A stretch of DNA of 63,082 bases, the filler included, from Octopus bimaculoides (lineage: Eukaryota), in the NCBI RefSeq assembly GCF_001194135.2. It is 6 parts of 5 records of this genome, joined end to end, with 100 filler letters (N's around TTAATTAATTAA, not from the genome) between each part and the next. Parts side by side here need not be neighbours in the genome. Positions count along the whole stretch, not along the records: positions 11,331 to 32,781 come from NC_068999.1; positions 32,882 to 43,819 come from NC_069006.1; 4 more parts are not named here. The stretch is one strand, 5' to 3'. Position 1 is the first letter of the stretch, and each line of letters opens with the position of its first letter. Under the pieces are notes generated by a model. That model was not told the DNA's origin and searched no databases. It was given only the letters and a program-made list of their open reading frames with translations. The position numbers and the translations under genes are program-made. Shown here one piece after another: positions 22,330 through 35,230 of the stretch.

Positions 22330-24878
22330 ATATCACAATATTTAAATTTTGATATTGTTTCTTGTCGGTATGCTAGAACGAATATAGTTTGTAATTACAT
22401 TACTAACAGAAGAGGTTAGCTTCGCCTGTGAGGCGGATTTTGTGCTCTGAGGTTTTGGCGTCTACTTCACTAAAGCCCAGCAAGTAAAAGTGGCACTTCA
22501 AAGCAAAACATCTTAGTAGAGATGTCGACTTCTTCAGACGCGAAGCCGACAGATTGACGAAATCCAGACTTGATGACAGAAATGTTTTCGCTGGATATTA
22601 CGGCTAGCATTCTACGAGGTTTCAAAGAAAATAGCTGTTGCCAAAAAGCTCCACGATATCGGCGAAGAGTTGATATTGCCTTGCTGCAACTTCAGAAGCT
22701 GAAGTATATCTCCCTCTCAAGCAAATGTCATTAGCTTTCTGATAACATTCTGTCGCAGGTGATCTCGAAGATTCAGAATTCGTTTTTTAACTTTTTCGCG
22801 ATCCAGCTTGATGAAACGACGGATGTTGCCACCGTAACCCACCTTTACGTCTGTCTACGTTATGTACATAATAATCGCCTGGAAGACGAATTCCTGTTTT
22901 GCGAAACCCTCAACACCAAAACAACCGCAAGGGAAATATTAAACAAAGTGGACAAATCTTTTGAGGTTCATGATATCAACTGGGAGTATGTCATTGGCGT
23001 GTGCACCGACGGCGCTCCGGCGATGCTTGGTTGTTGTTCCGGTTTTCAAACTTTGGTGAAAGAAAAATCTCCAGCTGCTATTGGTACACACTGCACAATT
23101 CATCAATAAGCACTAATTGTAAAAACAATACCTGATGAGTTAAAAAATGTTCAGAATTACGTGATTACAGCGGTGAACTTCATCAAAACGAACGCACTCA
23201 ACTCCCGTCTGTTTGCCGAGTTGTGTAAAGAAAGTGATTGTGAATTCAAAACGCTTCTGTTGCACTCACAAGTGAGATGGCTTTTGAGACGAAAAACAAT
23301 AAAGAGGGTTTTCCTTTTGCGAAAAGAAATCCACAATTTCTTACAAGATGCCAAGCCAGATTTGCACACCAAATTCTCCGATGTTCATTTTTCGATATGC
23401 CTGGCATTTTTGGTGGCCATATTCGAGCCAGTGAATATAGTCAATCTTTCACTGCAACGGAAAGATATAACCATGCTTCATTCTCATGAAAAACAAACTG
23501 CTCTCAAAATTAAGCTTGAACTTTGGCACTCAAAGTTGGATAGAAAGAACTTTGCATCGTATTCTCAACTGAACATATTCATTGATGAAAACGAGCTTCA
23601 AGTCGATGACAATATCGTTGAATTCATGAAACAATATGTATCAATATTTGGCGGAGAAATATCTTTTTATTTTCCTGATCTTCATGACTTCGACAAATAC
23701 TGCCGCTTTAACAGGTTCCCCTTTGTACTCTGTCAGCTACCTGCCTATTGAAGACAATTTAATTAAAAATCAGTTAATGATTTGGTCAATGACGAAGATG
23801 CAAAATAGTTTTTCCGTGAAATGTGCTGTTCTGACTTTTGGATTGAAATGGCACGGTCATATCCTGATGTCGCAAAGATGGATCTTAGAGTACTGATGCC
23901 ATTTCCAACCATTTATGAGTGTGAGATCGCGTTTTTCACTCCTTGCCATCAAAACGAAGTCACGAAATCGACTTGATGTCACACCAATATGAGGGCTGTC
24001 CTCTCCAAAACAGAGCCGAGCATAAAAGAGTTGGTTATTGCATAGCAGATACATCCATTACCCTGAACTTTGTTGTAAATAAAATAACAGATTGGCCGTG
24101 TTTGTAAATAAATAATTTCTTATATAATTTTGCTGTTGTTGTCATGTTATGCATCAGGAATTCAGGAGAAGGGATGGCAAACCTTCAGGAGAGGGGTAGA
24201 AGACGGTGTTTCTACTAGGATTGTGGTTTTCCTTGCATTATAATAGCATTCTAAAATGTACAGGAGTTTCTGCCAATTGGACCACTTACTAGTGGTCCAA
24301 TTGGCAGAAACTCCTGTACATTTTGGAAAGCTATTATAATTCTTCTGCTGAAAATAACTAAATTGGATGAAATGCACCTCTTGGATAATGAATATGAGGA
24401 ATGACCAGCCAATGTGGAGGAATAGCATCCCAAAACATGGCAAAAGGGGAAGGTAATGCCAAAAACTCGAGAACCAGTTATGTACGTATATGTACCGTAG
24501 TTTTCGGTGTATGAGCCGCGGTTTCTGTCTGTTAAATGGACATAATTGGGTCTTACACAGTTGTTAATACAGGATGCCCGGGACATTTTCGGATTGTTTT
24601 CGTTTCTCATTTGTTTTGTAACCAATTGATCAACTGATTCCCCATATTTTCATGTGCATTTATTGTATCCCAATGGGGTGTTGCGTAGATTAGGTTTTGA
24701 TTTTTGGGGTTGCAGGTCTATGAGCAGTGCGGTTCATAGTTCGGAAAATACGGTATACGAATGCATGCCATTTTTTTTCGAAGTTAACTATCTTGTATGT
24801 TATAGGGGACTGCGAATCATCGAAAAAACTGTAAGGGAGCCGGCATGTAAAATTTTTTGAAAAATTAGGGCACCACTG
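22330..24878 (+). mobile_element. hAT-Charlie/Buster transposon with a decayed ZBED5/ZBED8/FAM200-like transposase
   Basis: ILCSEVLASTSLKPSK*KWH (BED-like), ASYEVSKKIAVAKKLHDIGEELILP, FAIQLDETTDV, VCTDGAPAMLG, THCTIH and LLLHSQVRWL. Right end gggcaccactg is followed by gtctagag, a Charlie-type target. Left TIR not found. Confidence 0.9.
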
Positions 24879-25578
24879 GTCTAGAGAGATGAGTGACTCT
24901 GGTTTAAGGTTGAAGATTGTTATATCAGCTATAATAAGTCAGCCAACACTTACAGCATCAGTATATGGCATTAGCTGTTTCTTTCTTCTTGTGGTAACTA
25001 CATCTGGTGAAAACTAACATTTTTCATGTTTGGTATCAATTAAAAATGCCATGACACTCCAGATTAAATTACTTTATGAGCGGTGGTTGACTTCTATTTC
25101 TCATAAAGAGTGCGACGTGGTAAATGAAAATAATTTCCTGAAAGAAGAAAATAGTAGTCAAAGTCTTTATTCATACACATACGGCAATATATTCATCGAA
25201 AAATATTAACCTATATTCATCACTTGAAACTGTTTTTCTTATATTATTATATTAATGACGGCATCTGGTTAACTCTAGTATCTAAGCGGGACTATTGTCA
25301 TAACAAGTAGCTGTTGTTGGCATTAATGTCATTGTATTATGTCATAACGATATCTGACTAATTTTAATGTCATAGTGGTACTAATGTTGTAGCATCTCTC
25401 TTGTTATAGTGATGACATCTGATTGGCTTTCTTATCATTGTGACATTAGTGTTAGAACTGGTAATGACGAGCTGAAGACGTTAACATCGCACAATAGAAT
25501 TGTAGCTAAACTGAAACTAAATAAGCATCTTTACGAATACGGTAATAGTCAGCTCTATTGAACATAAACCTATTTTAC

Positions 25579-28500
25579 TGTATTATGCCGTCAATGAGAG
25601 GAAGCAAAATTGATTTTACTGAAACAGAAAGTCATTTTAAATAATTTTCATTACGTAACCATCGGCTTGGGTCATGCAAAACGCATGCAACACTACTGCT
25701 GTAAAACGTCGATACTGCATCTCCTAAACATATAGTTTAGGATGAACTTCCCTGTTCACCCTTTTACTTTATGTAAAATTACCAAGAACTGGACATAACA
25801 TTAACTTCATTTGGTGATGGTATTTTTCAACAATCGGTTGTTGCAAGTCCGTCTTCTGATCATGTGAACTTGGTCTTGCTTCAGGTTTCAGATTTCTTCT
25901 TCATCCCCAGGTTTTTTTTGCTTATTTGATCATTGCGCACTAGCTCTGTTCTCTCATTTTGTTAGCACCAATGACGAATTTCTTCCATTCTGTTTTAGAT
26001 ATCGAGCTTTGTCAGGTATGATCCCGAGTTTAGAAACAAACCACAGAGGAGCATCAATAGCAAGCTCGTTAAAGATGTTCTTATCTGCTTTATCATCAAC
26101 GCTGTAGGTGTTTGCTTCCTTCCAATATGGAAATCCATCAGTAGTTTAGTAGATGTCTTGATAAATAGCTACTATAGCAATGGTTCTTAACCGGGGTCCA
26201 TATAGCCCTCGTTGATCCATGTAAGATTTTGTTGTTAAATTTTATGTGTAATAAATTGGTTATACTTCTGCAATATATAAGATATTTTAACAATCTTTTT
26301 ATACAGTTCCTAGTAATGTTTAATTGTAAAAATGTGATAGGATTTTTAAAACATCGAATGGCTACTGAGGTCCACGCGAGTAAAATAGGAATCAAAAGGG
26401 GCCCATACGCCAAAAATGGTTGAGAAACATTGCAGTAAAGGATCCTAAATGTTTAGAAAAAGCTTTAATTCTCATTTTAACAGTCTGTATCACTCGACCA
26501 AAAAATACCGGATTGTAGGGTGCCATTTTAAAATATTTGTATCTTGTCTTAAGTCACTCATATACAGAAACCAATATATGAGGAACTTCTTTCCTAGCAA
26601 AAACGATTGTCAAAACATTGGTCACTGTTTTAGCAGACATCTCATTAAATTTGATGACTCCTGGTCAACTACAAAATGCATCAACAAGTATGAGTAAAAA
26701 ACCAACATAGCCACGATTCATATGTAGACGTTAACCATTGCTTTTCTTTATCTGCCCAAATATGCTGAATAACTTTTAGTATGGGTTTAATCTGATAGGG
26801 CAGTTTAGAATATAATTTTTGACATAATTACCATGCATCTAGTTACAGACTATTTCTATTAGCTGTAACTTCATAATAGATGCTATCATATAGCTTTTAT
26901 TAAAATTTCTCAGAACACGGCAGAAACAACAGCCACGTTCTCATTGCAAACAATTTCATTATCAACCATGAACCATTTGTCTAAATAATTTCTAGAATTT
27001 TTCACTTACTGAACAATTACTCTGTCCGTTTTGATTCGATTAACAATTTTAGAGAAAAATTCATCATTCACCGTTTTAGCCTGTAATTTATCTATTGTCA
27101 GTGAAACTACTTCCATCCAATAAATAAATGAAATTTCTATTGTGATTTCGCCAGACTTTATTGGTTCATCGCATTTAATTCAAGATAGAGTATCAAAATA
27201 GGGAATTGTATTGCTTTAAATATATAAAATTTCATACATAAAAGCAACTCACTGGGTTGACCATTGCCATATTCTAGCAGATGTTACTCTAGGCAGTTCA
27301 TTTATGGAATTGAATTTGAACTCTAATGGCTTACGATCAGTTCCTCCTGATTCAACTCTTTCCATTAAGTCATTTCTTAGCATTTTCTTTAATTTTGCTA
27401 CAACAAGAATATAAATATGTTTAGGAAGTTTGGTGTTATTTTAAAACTTTATTTCAACTATAAAACCAAATCAGTACCCGTTATAATCATATTATGTATG
27501 ATTAATAAGCGACGTACTGTTACGTCTCGACACATTCATTTAAATAAAGCTGTTTTTTTTTTATATATATATATCAATCAGAGTCAATTACAGAAACTAA
27601 ATCTTTTCTAGTTTCCGTCTTCATTATGGTTTCAGACTTTCCCAACAACTTAATAACCAAATTGCCAATCTGTTTGAGCCTGGTATTGCAAGATTCCTTA
27701 TTAAAAGACCCTACTTTCGTCTAGATGTTCCTTGAGATAATCTTGAAATCGCTTATAGTGTCTACTTGCATCTGTACTTCAACGTTATTGAGTTGGCGTC
27801 AGTGAGTTGAATTCCTTCCTAGAAAACTACCAGAGAATTTGAAAATGGTTCATTTTCTTACGGATAAAGCATACCTTCCCAAATGTAGGACAATTTCCTA
27901 TAATATGGATATAGCCCCAGACTTAGATTCGAATTTTTTTTTTTGACATTTCTTATCGACAATGAATCATAAATTTTTAGCTTCCGATTATTTTTAATAG
28001 AGGAACGAAAATAATATTAATCATTTCAAACTACTGAATACGGCTAATACAATCGGGCATTATCATTTCCTGAAACAGCATCTGTTTTGATATTTTAGAG
28101 ATGTGCTAATTTTAATAGTTCATCAATTGTATTTGTATAAGGTTATCTTCAGCAAATTGTTCTTCTGTTTCCAACTCATCAGATTCACAAAAGCGACCGG
28201 TTTTCCTCAGTCTTTCATAATATCAGCGTATTGGTCCTGGTGGTATCTGCTTTAAAGCCAGAAAGCGTTTCCTTTCAACAAATATTAGTTTCTTTGGCTT
28301 TCTTGAAGACATAATCTCTTTTACATCTACAATGTTCATCTCTTACAACACTTTAGGATACTCTATCAGAAAAACTCTTTTAATGTTCTCAATTTCTACT
28401 TTGATGATGAAGATATCGGTTATTTCTTTTCTGCCCACAGAGTCCTTGAGGTGTTTTTTTTTTCTCCTCACTATAGCTGAAGGTATCTTAATCAGGTTTC

Positions 28501-28749
28501 AGCCAAATCGAGATCAGACAGAACTAATTCCTCAAATTCTGCCTTCAGCACCATTATTATGTTGTCAATAAGAGGAAGCAAACTTGACTTTATTTCAATA
28601 AGGTTATCTTCAGCAAATTGTTCTTCTATTTCCAACTCATCAGATTCACATACTGAATAGTCTTTGTCACGTAAACAGTCGTGTTGTGTCACGCAACAAC
28701 ATCATGCAAAACGAATGCAACACTACTGTTATAAAACAATGATACTACA
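25579..28749 (-). mobile_element. Internally deleted Ty3/Gypsy LTR retrotransposon with both LTRs
   Basis: 5' LTR 28554-28749 is followed by PBS-like TGGTGCTGAAGG. Gag knuckle CPTFGKVCFIRKKMNHF (~27835-27907); protease VQMQVDTISDFKIIS (~27721-27789); RNase H TDRKPLEF...RIWQWS (~27170-27360); integrase LILVDAF...VFARKEVPHILVS...APYNP and TPTALMIKQIRTSL. The 3' LTR 25579-25719 is TG...CA with a short purine tract before it. No RT motifs seen. Confidence 0.82.
26178..26432. mobile_element. hAT (MER5/Charlie-like) MITE inserted in the Gypsy integrase
   Basis: TIRs caatggttcttaacc / ggttgagaaacattg; flanks tactatag / cagtaaag (degenerate 8-bp nnnTAnnn TSD). Confidence 0.85.
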
Positions 28750-29639
28750 CATTGATTGCTTTTTTTTTCAATCAATGAATAACAACGTGATGCGATAGAA
28801 ATTCTGCTCCATTCAACTTTCCTATTTCTTTTCATTCGCCCCAATGCTTTATTCTTCCGCTTCTGTTGACAAGAAACATTTACTCCTCCCGATTATCTGA
28901 TAATCACAGCATGTGATTTGTTCATTTGTTGATTTTGTTTTGAAGGGTAATGCAATGTTTTGGTTAACTAACAAAACTAAATTATTACATAATATCACGT
29001 AAACTTAACTGTGCTTAATTACAAACCCTTTTTCATTCGTTTGATCTTGATTTGAGAGCCATACCATTATGGTAACCATAGAACTAATTTATTTCAATGT
29101 CGAACCCATTCCCCTAGCTGTTCGAGATACTCCAATCGCTCAGTCGATTATATATTTGCCTTAGTTCTGCTCTATCAAGATTCTATTAGAGATGTACAAC
29201 AACATCTATTGTGCTATTGTTGAGATAGTTTGCATGGAATCATTCGCTTCTTTATGGACCTAAAGCAGATATAGCTTTCAAAACTGTTAAAAATCCATAG
29301 TCTATGGAAAATTTCAAATCTAGCTCATCATCTATACCAGGTATGATTTTAAAAGGAAATAATCTTCAAATTGAGCGTTTTCTAAAGATATGTGTAGTTT
29401 ATAGATAATTAATTACATACCAGCCTGGAGTCAACTCCAATATCGATGAGAAAATTACAGTTGTCCATTACATAAAGTTTAAAACAGCTGCATATAGCTC
29501 AAGATGGTAGAGAGATAAGAAATTGTGCTTTACGAGAGATTACAACTTGTAACTGATAACAAATAATGAGAGGAAGTAGTTGCCCTATAGAAGATTTTAT
29601 GTGGTGAAGAAAAAAAGCTTTATGGTTGATGATTAAAAT

Positions 29640-29662
29640 AATCATTAACAACAACAACAGCA

Positions 29663-29733
<71 letters not shown>
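29640..29733. repeat. (AAC)n/(TAC)n microsatellite
   Basis: Direct reading. Confidence 0.95.
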
Positions 29734-29781
29734 GTGCTCGCACACACTTGCATTGGTTGAAGTTCATATTTTTATTGTTAA

Positions 29782-31097
29782 CTAGCAGCTAAGCCCGGTT
29801 TCACCCGGTCAGAGAACGACGCGAAGAGAGAAACGAAGACACGAAAAAGAGGAAGAAGTGGATACGAAGTGGTGTTTGGGCGACGGATCTTGGTAGAAAA
29901 AAAACAGAATATCATAGTGAGTTAGTAAGGAGAGCAAAGCAAGACTGGACTTATGTGGGGTTGGCAGGACGATGAAAAAATTGCGGAGTTGAAATTGGAG
30001 CAGTTGAAGATGCCGGTGTTATCATTGGAGTGCCTCTTGGTAGACAACATTCTTCGTCCTTCCCTCGGGTGCACAAATAGAAAGGCCATGGGAACAGCCA
30101 AAGTACAGTTGTTCGTGTGAGAATACTTGCTCTGTTAGATTCAAACCAACCGCTGGCACTGATTGTCCCTGCGCCTTGTTGATTGTCATGGGAAAGCAGA
30201 GTTTGATGGGAAATTGCATCTGTTTAAACTTGTAGGTCGTATCGGAGTGGGTAAGGGACATGGGAGTTATAAGTATGTCTTAGCCAGTGGCCGGTTCATT
30301 CAAGATTGTTGCCTACAGAACTCGGGAGCACAATTTTCTGATAATCATCCGCGTACCATTGCACATTATTGGAGCATCTAAATTCCTTAGCAGCATGATT
30401 GGCGCGCCAACTTTCAGATGCAGTTCGTGAGTTGGTAGTTCTGTGGGTCCCCCCTTCTGTCAAATTTATCATGGGCCGGCCGGTCTATCTCAGATACATG
30501 GGAAGCTGGATTAAATTTTTCATCAACACAGGGGAGCCGAAATAAATTTTTTCCATGCCCAAGGGAAGCCAAATCGGGAAAAGGGTTGAGAAATGCTGAT
30601 CTATAACGATGGTTTTTATTTAGGCACATCGTAAAAGTAATTATAATGAATTGCTTAATATAAAGAAAAGTATGTTTTTTCAAGCAAATAGAGTTAGAAA
30701 AAATATTTACCATTTCAAGTCATCACTAAAAACAAAGCTCATCAATTTTTGAATGAAATAATAATTTTATTCTTTTATTCTAAATTGTAAATTTTGCCCG
30801 AGAAATAAAGCAAATTATCACCAAATGCATTGTTAAAAATCTATAACTCGATAGCAAATATCTCCAAATTGATTAGAAATGCATAAATTTAATAACAATG
30901 CTTTTGAGATTCCGGTTCGAATGACATGAGTATTCTTGTTTCACTTTTGACACGTAATACTTAAATAGTGGAGGAGATATGAAGTTGCTGTGGGCTAGAA
31001 GTATGCAAGAAGTTAAAATTATTTTGACTTAAACACAAGTAAGGCATGTGTAAAATTTGAATGAAATTGATTGTGTAGTTCTCGAGTTTTAGGGATT

Positions 31098-31151
<54 letters not shown>

Positions 31152-31179
31152 TACATTCTCAATTTTATATATATATAGA
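29782..31179 (-). mobile_element. Non-autonomous Helitron with both termini, carrying a PIF1-like helicase C-terminal fragment
   Basis: 5' end A|TCTATATATATATAAAATTG at 31179; 3' GC hairpin then CTAG|T at 29782. Positions 30022-30450 encode LPTHELHLKVGAPIMLLRNLD..MCNGTR, QFPIKLCFPMTINKAQGQS and VFSHEQLY. Confidence 0.88.
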
Positions 31180-31559
31180 TTAATTAATTAACAATGTGAA
31201 GTGAACTACTATCCAAAATTTACGTACAAGAAGTGATTGTTATTTCACTTGTAACATAGTATTACAGTTGTACGTTTTAAAGATGTTGTTTATAGTTATA
31301 GTGGATCCCTTCACCTTTCTGTTGAGGTAATCTAAAGTGTAGAAGAAAACAGATATCCCAAATAATTTCATAATTTCTTTATATACGTCTTTTACGTGTA
31401 GACTAATATTATGTAAAAAGCCTTGGTCTGGTTTACATTCTCAAATATTATAGGAAGAGTGTTTGGTATGTTAAATATTCCTACAAGATTATAAAACGAG
31501 GGAGAACTACTATCCTTAAGAAGGAACATATAAAGAAGAATATTAAAACGTGGTCTTTA

Positions 31560-32400
31560 GAATTCTCTATATGCAATAAGTCAGTGACATGCATTGCATT
31601 TGCTGTACGAGCATCTCGATTGGATACTAGATGAGATTTGGGCCATTGAAAGCTATTAAACACCACCAGAAATTTCCACATCACTCGTAATATAGACAGA
31701 CTCTACCTAAACGAATACGAGGAGATAGAGACTAAATCTCAATTCAAATCTCTCTTCGAAAACTAATTACCAAGTGCTGAAGCACATCCATGAATCAAGT
31801 CTGCATACATGAAACAAACAACATCATAAGGGTTGATAAAGAGCTTCTCAGGAAGTATTCTCAGACTAATGATTAAGAGTACGCATCCAAAGAAATTGCA
31901 CAGTTTTGCCCTAAGAGAACATCAGATAAGATTCTTTTGCACATCAGCAGAAGACCGTGTTCTTAGAAGACTTCAAAGTGACAATACCATAGATAACCAA
32001 AATAGCCTGTTCTGATCCAAGGAAGGTTATACTAACTCTCATTGTGAAGAGTATGCTTTGTTCAATCCAGGAACAGGACATTATAGAATACTCGATGCAC
32101 AAATGGGATAGTCATGTAAGTATAATACCAAGATGCGGTAACTAATGCAGACACTGTGAAATGACCAACGATATCACCCACATAGCAGTCAGATGTCCGA
32201 AAAATCATTGTATTTTCAAGATATGATGTCATCGACAAAACATTGTACAATACAATTGGAATAGAGAGTAGCATTGTACTGAAGGTAAAAATATGAAGTT
32301 TCAGTGAGGTACAAGGCTTATCCGCCCATAACACGAAAGAATATTGGTGGTATGAGCCTCTGTAAAATGTAGACATAACATTATGATATAGAACAGAAAA
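31560..32400 (+). mobile_element. Dong/R4-like LINE 3' remnant
   Basis: SMLCSIQEQDIIEY, CRHCEMTNDITHIAVRCPK (CCHC) and KEYWWY motifs; many stops. Confidence 0.7.
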
Positions 32401-32599
32401 AATAAAACATGCACTGTGGTAGAAATGAATTATGCAGCAGTTACTTTAATTAACATAAGATTAAAAGAATAACTGGACAACTATGCCGAAATAATGGGCA
32501 ATCTGCAGAATACTTCAAATATGAACTATCGGTCTCAATATGGTCAACTTCTTTTGTCTATTCTATTGATACAGACTTCGGGAGTATGTACAGTGTATG

Positions 32600-32747
32600 T
32601 GTAAGAAGCTTACTTCCCAAACACATGGTTCTGGGTTCAGTCCCACTGCGTGGTACCTTGGGCAAGTGCCTTCTACTATAGACTCGGGCCGACCAAAGCC
32701 TAGTGTATGTGGACTTAGTAGATGGAAACTGAAAGAAGCCCGTCATA

Positions 32748-32748
<1 letters not shown>
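32600..32748 (+). mobile_element. SINE family 3 (tRNA head, CORE-like ccttgggcaagtg)
   Basis: ggttcagtcccactgcgtggtaccttgggcaagtgccttctactatag...gaaactgaaagaagcccgtc. Minus-strand copies at ~38085-38195 and 43040-43154. Confidence 0.82.
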
Positions 32749-32781
<33 letters not shown>

Positions 32782-32881
32782 NNNNNNNNNNNNNNNNNNN
32801 NNNNNNNNNNNNNNNNNNNNNNNNNTTAATTAATTAANNNNNNNNNNNNNNNNNNNNNNNNNNNNNNNNNNNNNNNNNNNN

Positions 32882-32922
<41 letters not shown>

Positions 32923-33145
32923 TGGTTACACACACACACACACACACGTATGTGTCTGTGAAAAACTACAAGTTTTGAGTGTGTATGTGTTGATGTATGT
33001 GAAAGATTGTGCTGTTATTTAGTGACTGAGAAGATATTGGTCCCCTGGAATTGTTTGTCATGACCAAATGTAAAATTAGAAAGGGAAAAAAGGAAATATT
33101 TTCAAGGATTGGTAAATCACATGACATGTTGCAGGGCCATATCTA

Positions 33146-33181
<36 letters not shown>

Positions 33182-33911
33182 GAGAAAGATGTGTGTGTGT
33201 GTATACCACTAAAGGGTATATCAAAAGAAAATCTACTACNNNNNNNNNNNNNNNNNNNNNNNNNNNNNNNNNNNNNNNNNNNNNNNNNNNNNNNNNNNNN
33301 NNNNNNNNNNNNNNNNNNNNNNNNNNNNNNNNNNNNNNNNNNNNNNNNNNNNNNNNNNNNNNNNNNNNNNNNNNNNNNNNNNNNNNNNNNNNNNNNNNNN
33401 NNNNNNNNNNNNNNNNNNNNNNNNNNNNNNNNNNNNNNNNNNNNNNNNNNNNNNNNNNNNNNNNNNNNNNNNNNNNNNNNNNNNNNNNNNNNNNNNNNNN
33501 NNNNNNNNNNNNNNNNNNNNNNNNNNNNNNNNNNNNNNNNNNNNNNNNNNNNNNNNNNNNNNNNNNNNNNNNNNTTTTTTTTTTTTTTTTACTCCTGTTA
33601 CCAGAGTTAAGGGGGTAAAAGGGGGTAGTAACAGCAGCAGATAGCAACAGAGAAACTAGGCTAAATTTGATAAACCAAATTTGAAATGAAAAACATGAGA
33701 TTTTTCTAAGAAAACATTTGATGGGACAATAAATGAAGGGGAGGGGGGGAACAGATTTGTGACCCAGACTGATGACCACAGCCGCTTCACACAGACAAAT
33801 ATTACAGTCCTTACAGTCATTAGATTGTGGCCATGCTGGAGCACCAACTTCAAGCCTTTTAGTTGAATAAATCGTTCCCAGCACTTATTTGTTGGGTTTT
33901 TCTTTTACTTA

Positions 33912-34131
33912 GGCGCAGGAGGGGCTGTGTGGTAAGTAGCATGCTTACCAACCACATGGTTCCGGGTTCAGTCCCATTGCGTGGCACCTTGGGCAAGTGT
34001 CTTCCACTCAGCTGGCAAAAATGAGTAATCCTGCAACAGACTAGCACCCTATCCAGGGGGAATATAGATGCCACAGAAACCATGAAACCAGCCAAATGAG
34101 TCTATATTACTCGGGAAGGATCTTTATCTTG
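33912..34131 (+). mobile_element. Chimeric SINE: family 3 head with a different 3' half
   Basis: Matches family 3 up to gtgtcttccact (~34008), then continues cagctggcaaaaatgagtaatcctgcaacagactagcaccctatccaggggg instead of the family 3 tail. Confidence 0.65.
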
Positions 34132-34567
34132 TATCCTAAATAAGTCTGAGGTGTATCAGATGGTATATTGCAAACAGGTAAAAACAAAGTTGCATTTATG
34201 ATGAGACACCTAAGAGGGATGAGTATCATCAAGACAAATGAGACACACTTTGATCATTAAGGAAGCCAAACTCCCTAATATTGGTGCAATGAAATCTCTG
34301 CTAGTTTGGGTATAACCAAGAGGAAACTTGATTGCTAGCACAGATCTATTCACGGTTGACTGGTGGCCTCAAAAATCAGAATTGAGCTCAACATGGATAT
34401 AAAGATGTAACATGAGGAAAATGGATATTGCTATCTGCAAAGAGAGGACAGAAATCAATGAAGGAAAAAAAAAAAAAGAGTCAAATTACTTCCTGGTGTC
34501 ATGCTGACTCATGACATTTCATATAAACAATCAACGCCAACCAATGATGGATGGATTGCCTATCTTA

Positions 34568-34601
<34 letters not shown>

Positions 34602-34787
34602 CCAAAAATAGCCTGCCTGAAGACATTCCAGGGTGAAATTAAAAAAAACAAAAAATAAATTAAAACAAAAAACAAATACTGACCTGTTCTTTTTGGGGAT
34701 ATTTTTCCTAGTTTTAAAGATTTCCAAAGCTGGAAGTAAACAAAATCAAATTTTCTATTAATAACATGGACATCATGTATATATATA

Positions 34788-35230
34788 TCATCATCATCAT
34801 TGTTTAACGTCCGCTTTCCAATGCTAGCATGGGTTGGACGATTTNNNNNNNNNNATCATCATCATTGTTTAACGTCCGCTTTCCATGCTAGCATGGGTTG
34901 GACGATTTGACTGAGGACTGGCGAAACCAGATGGCTACACCAGGCTCCAATCTGATCTGGCAGAATTTCTACAGCTGGATGCCCTTCCTAACGCCAACCA
35001 CTCAGAGAGTGTAGTGGGTGCTTTTACATGCCACCGGCACAAAGGCCAGTCAGGGGGTACTGGCAACGGCCACACTCAAAATGGTGTATTTTACGAGCCA
35101 CCCACACAAGAGCCAGTCCAGGGGCACTGGCAATGGTCTCGCTCGAAAGTCCATTACACATGCCACGGGCACAAGTGCCAGAAAAGCGACGCTGGGCACA
35201 GGTGCCATCCCGATTTCGCTTTCACTTGCC
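34788..35230 (-). mobile_element. Retroposon family 4 (RTE-like 3' tail with (GAT)n end)
   Basis: Minus strand ...gttaggaagggcatccagctgtagaaa...catggaaagcggacgttaaac(gat)n. Other copies at 35360-35560 (old), 42870-43017, 44057-44600 (about three) and 51048-51392. Confidence 0.85.

Noticed and set aside
22760-23751. Domesticated ZBED/FAM200-like host gene
   Set aside because: Multiple stops and frameshifts plus a retained TIR and target site indicate a dead transposon copy.
25574-28754. TSD for the Gypsy element (and for the hAT at 14239-18711)
   Set aside because: The flanks (tttac vs cattg; ctttctgt vs tgttggtg) do not match, so no TSD is claimed.
34788-34910. Tandem duplication of the family 4 tail around a 10-N gap
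   Set aside because: The near-identical ~55 bp on either side of a minimal gap is typical of unmerged contig overlap.
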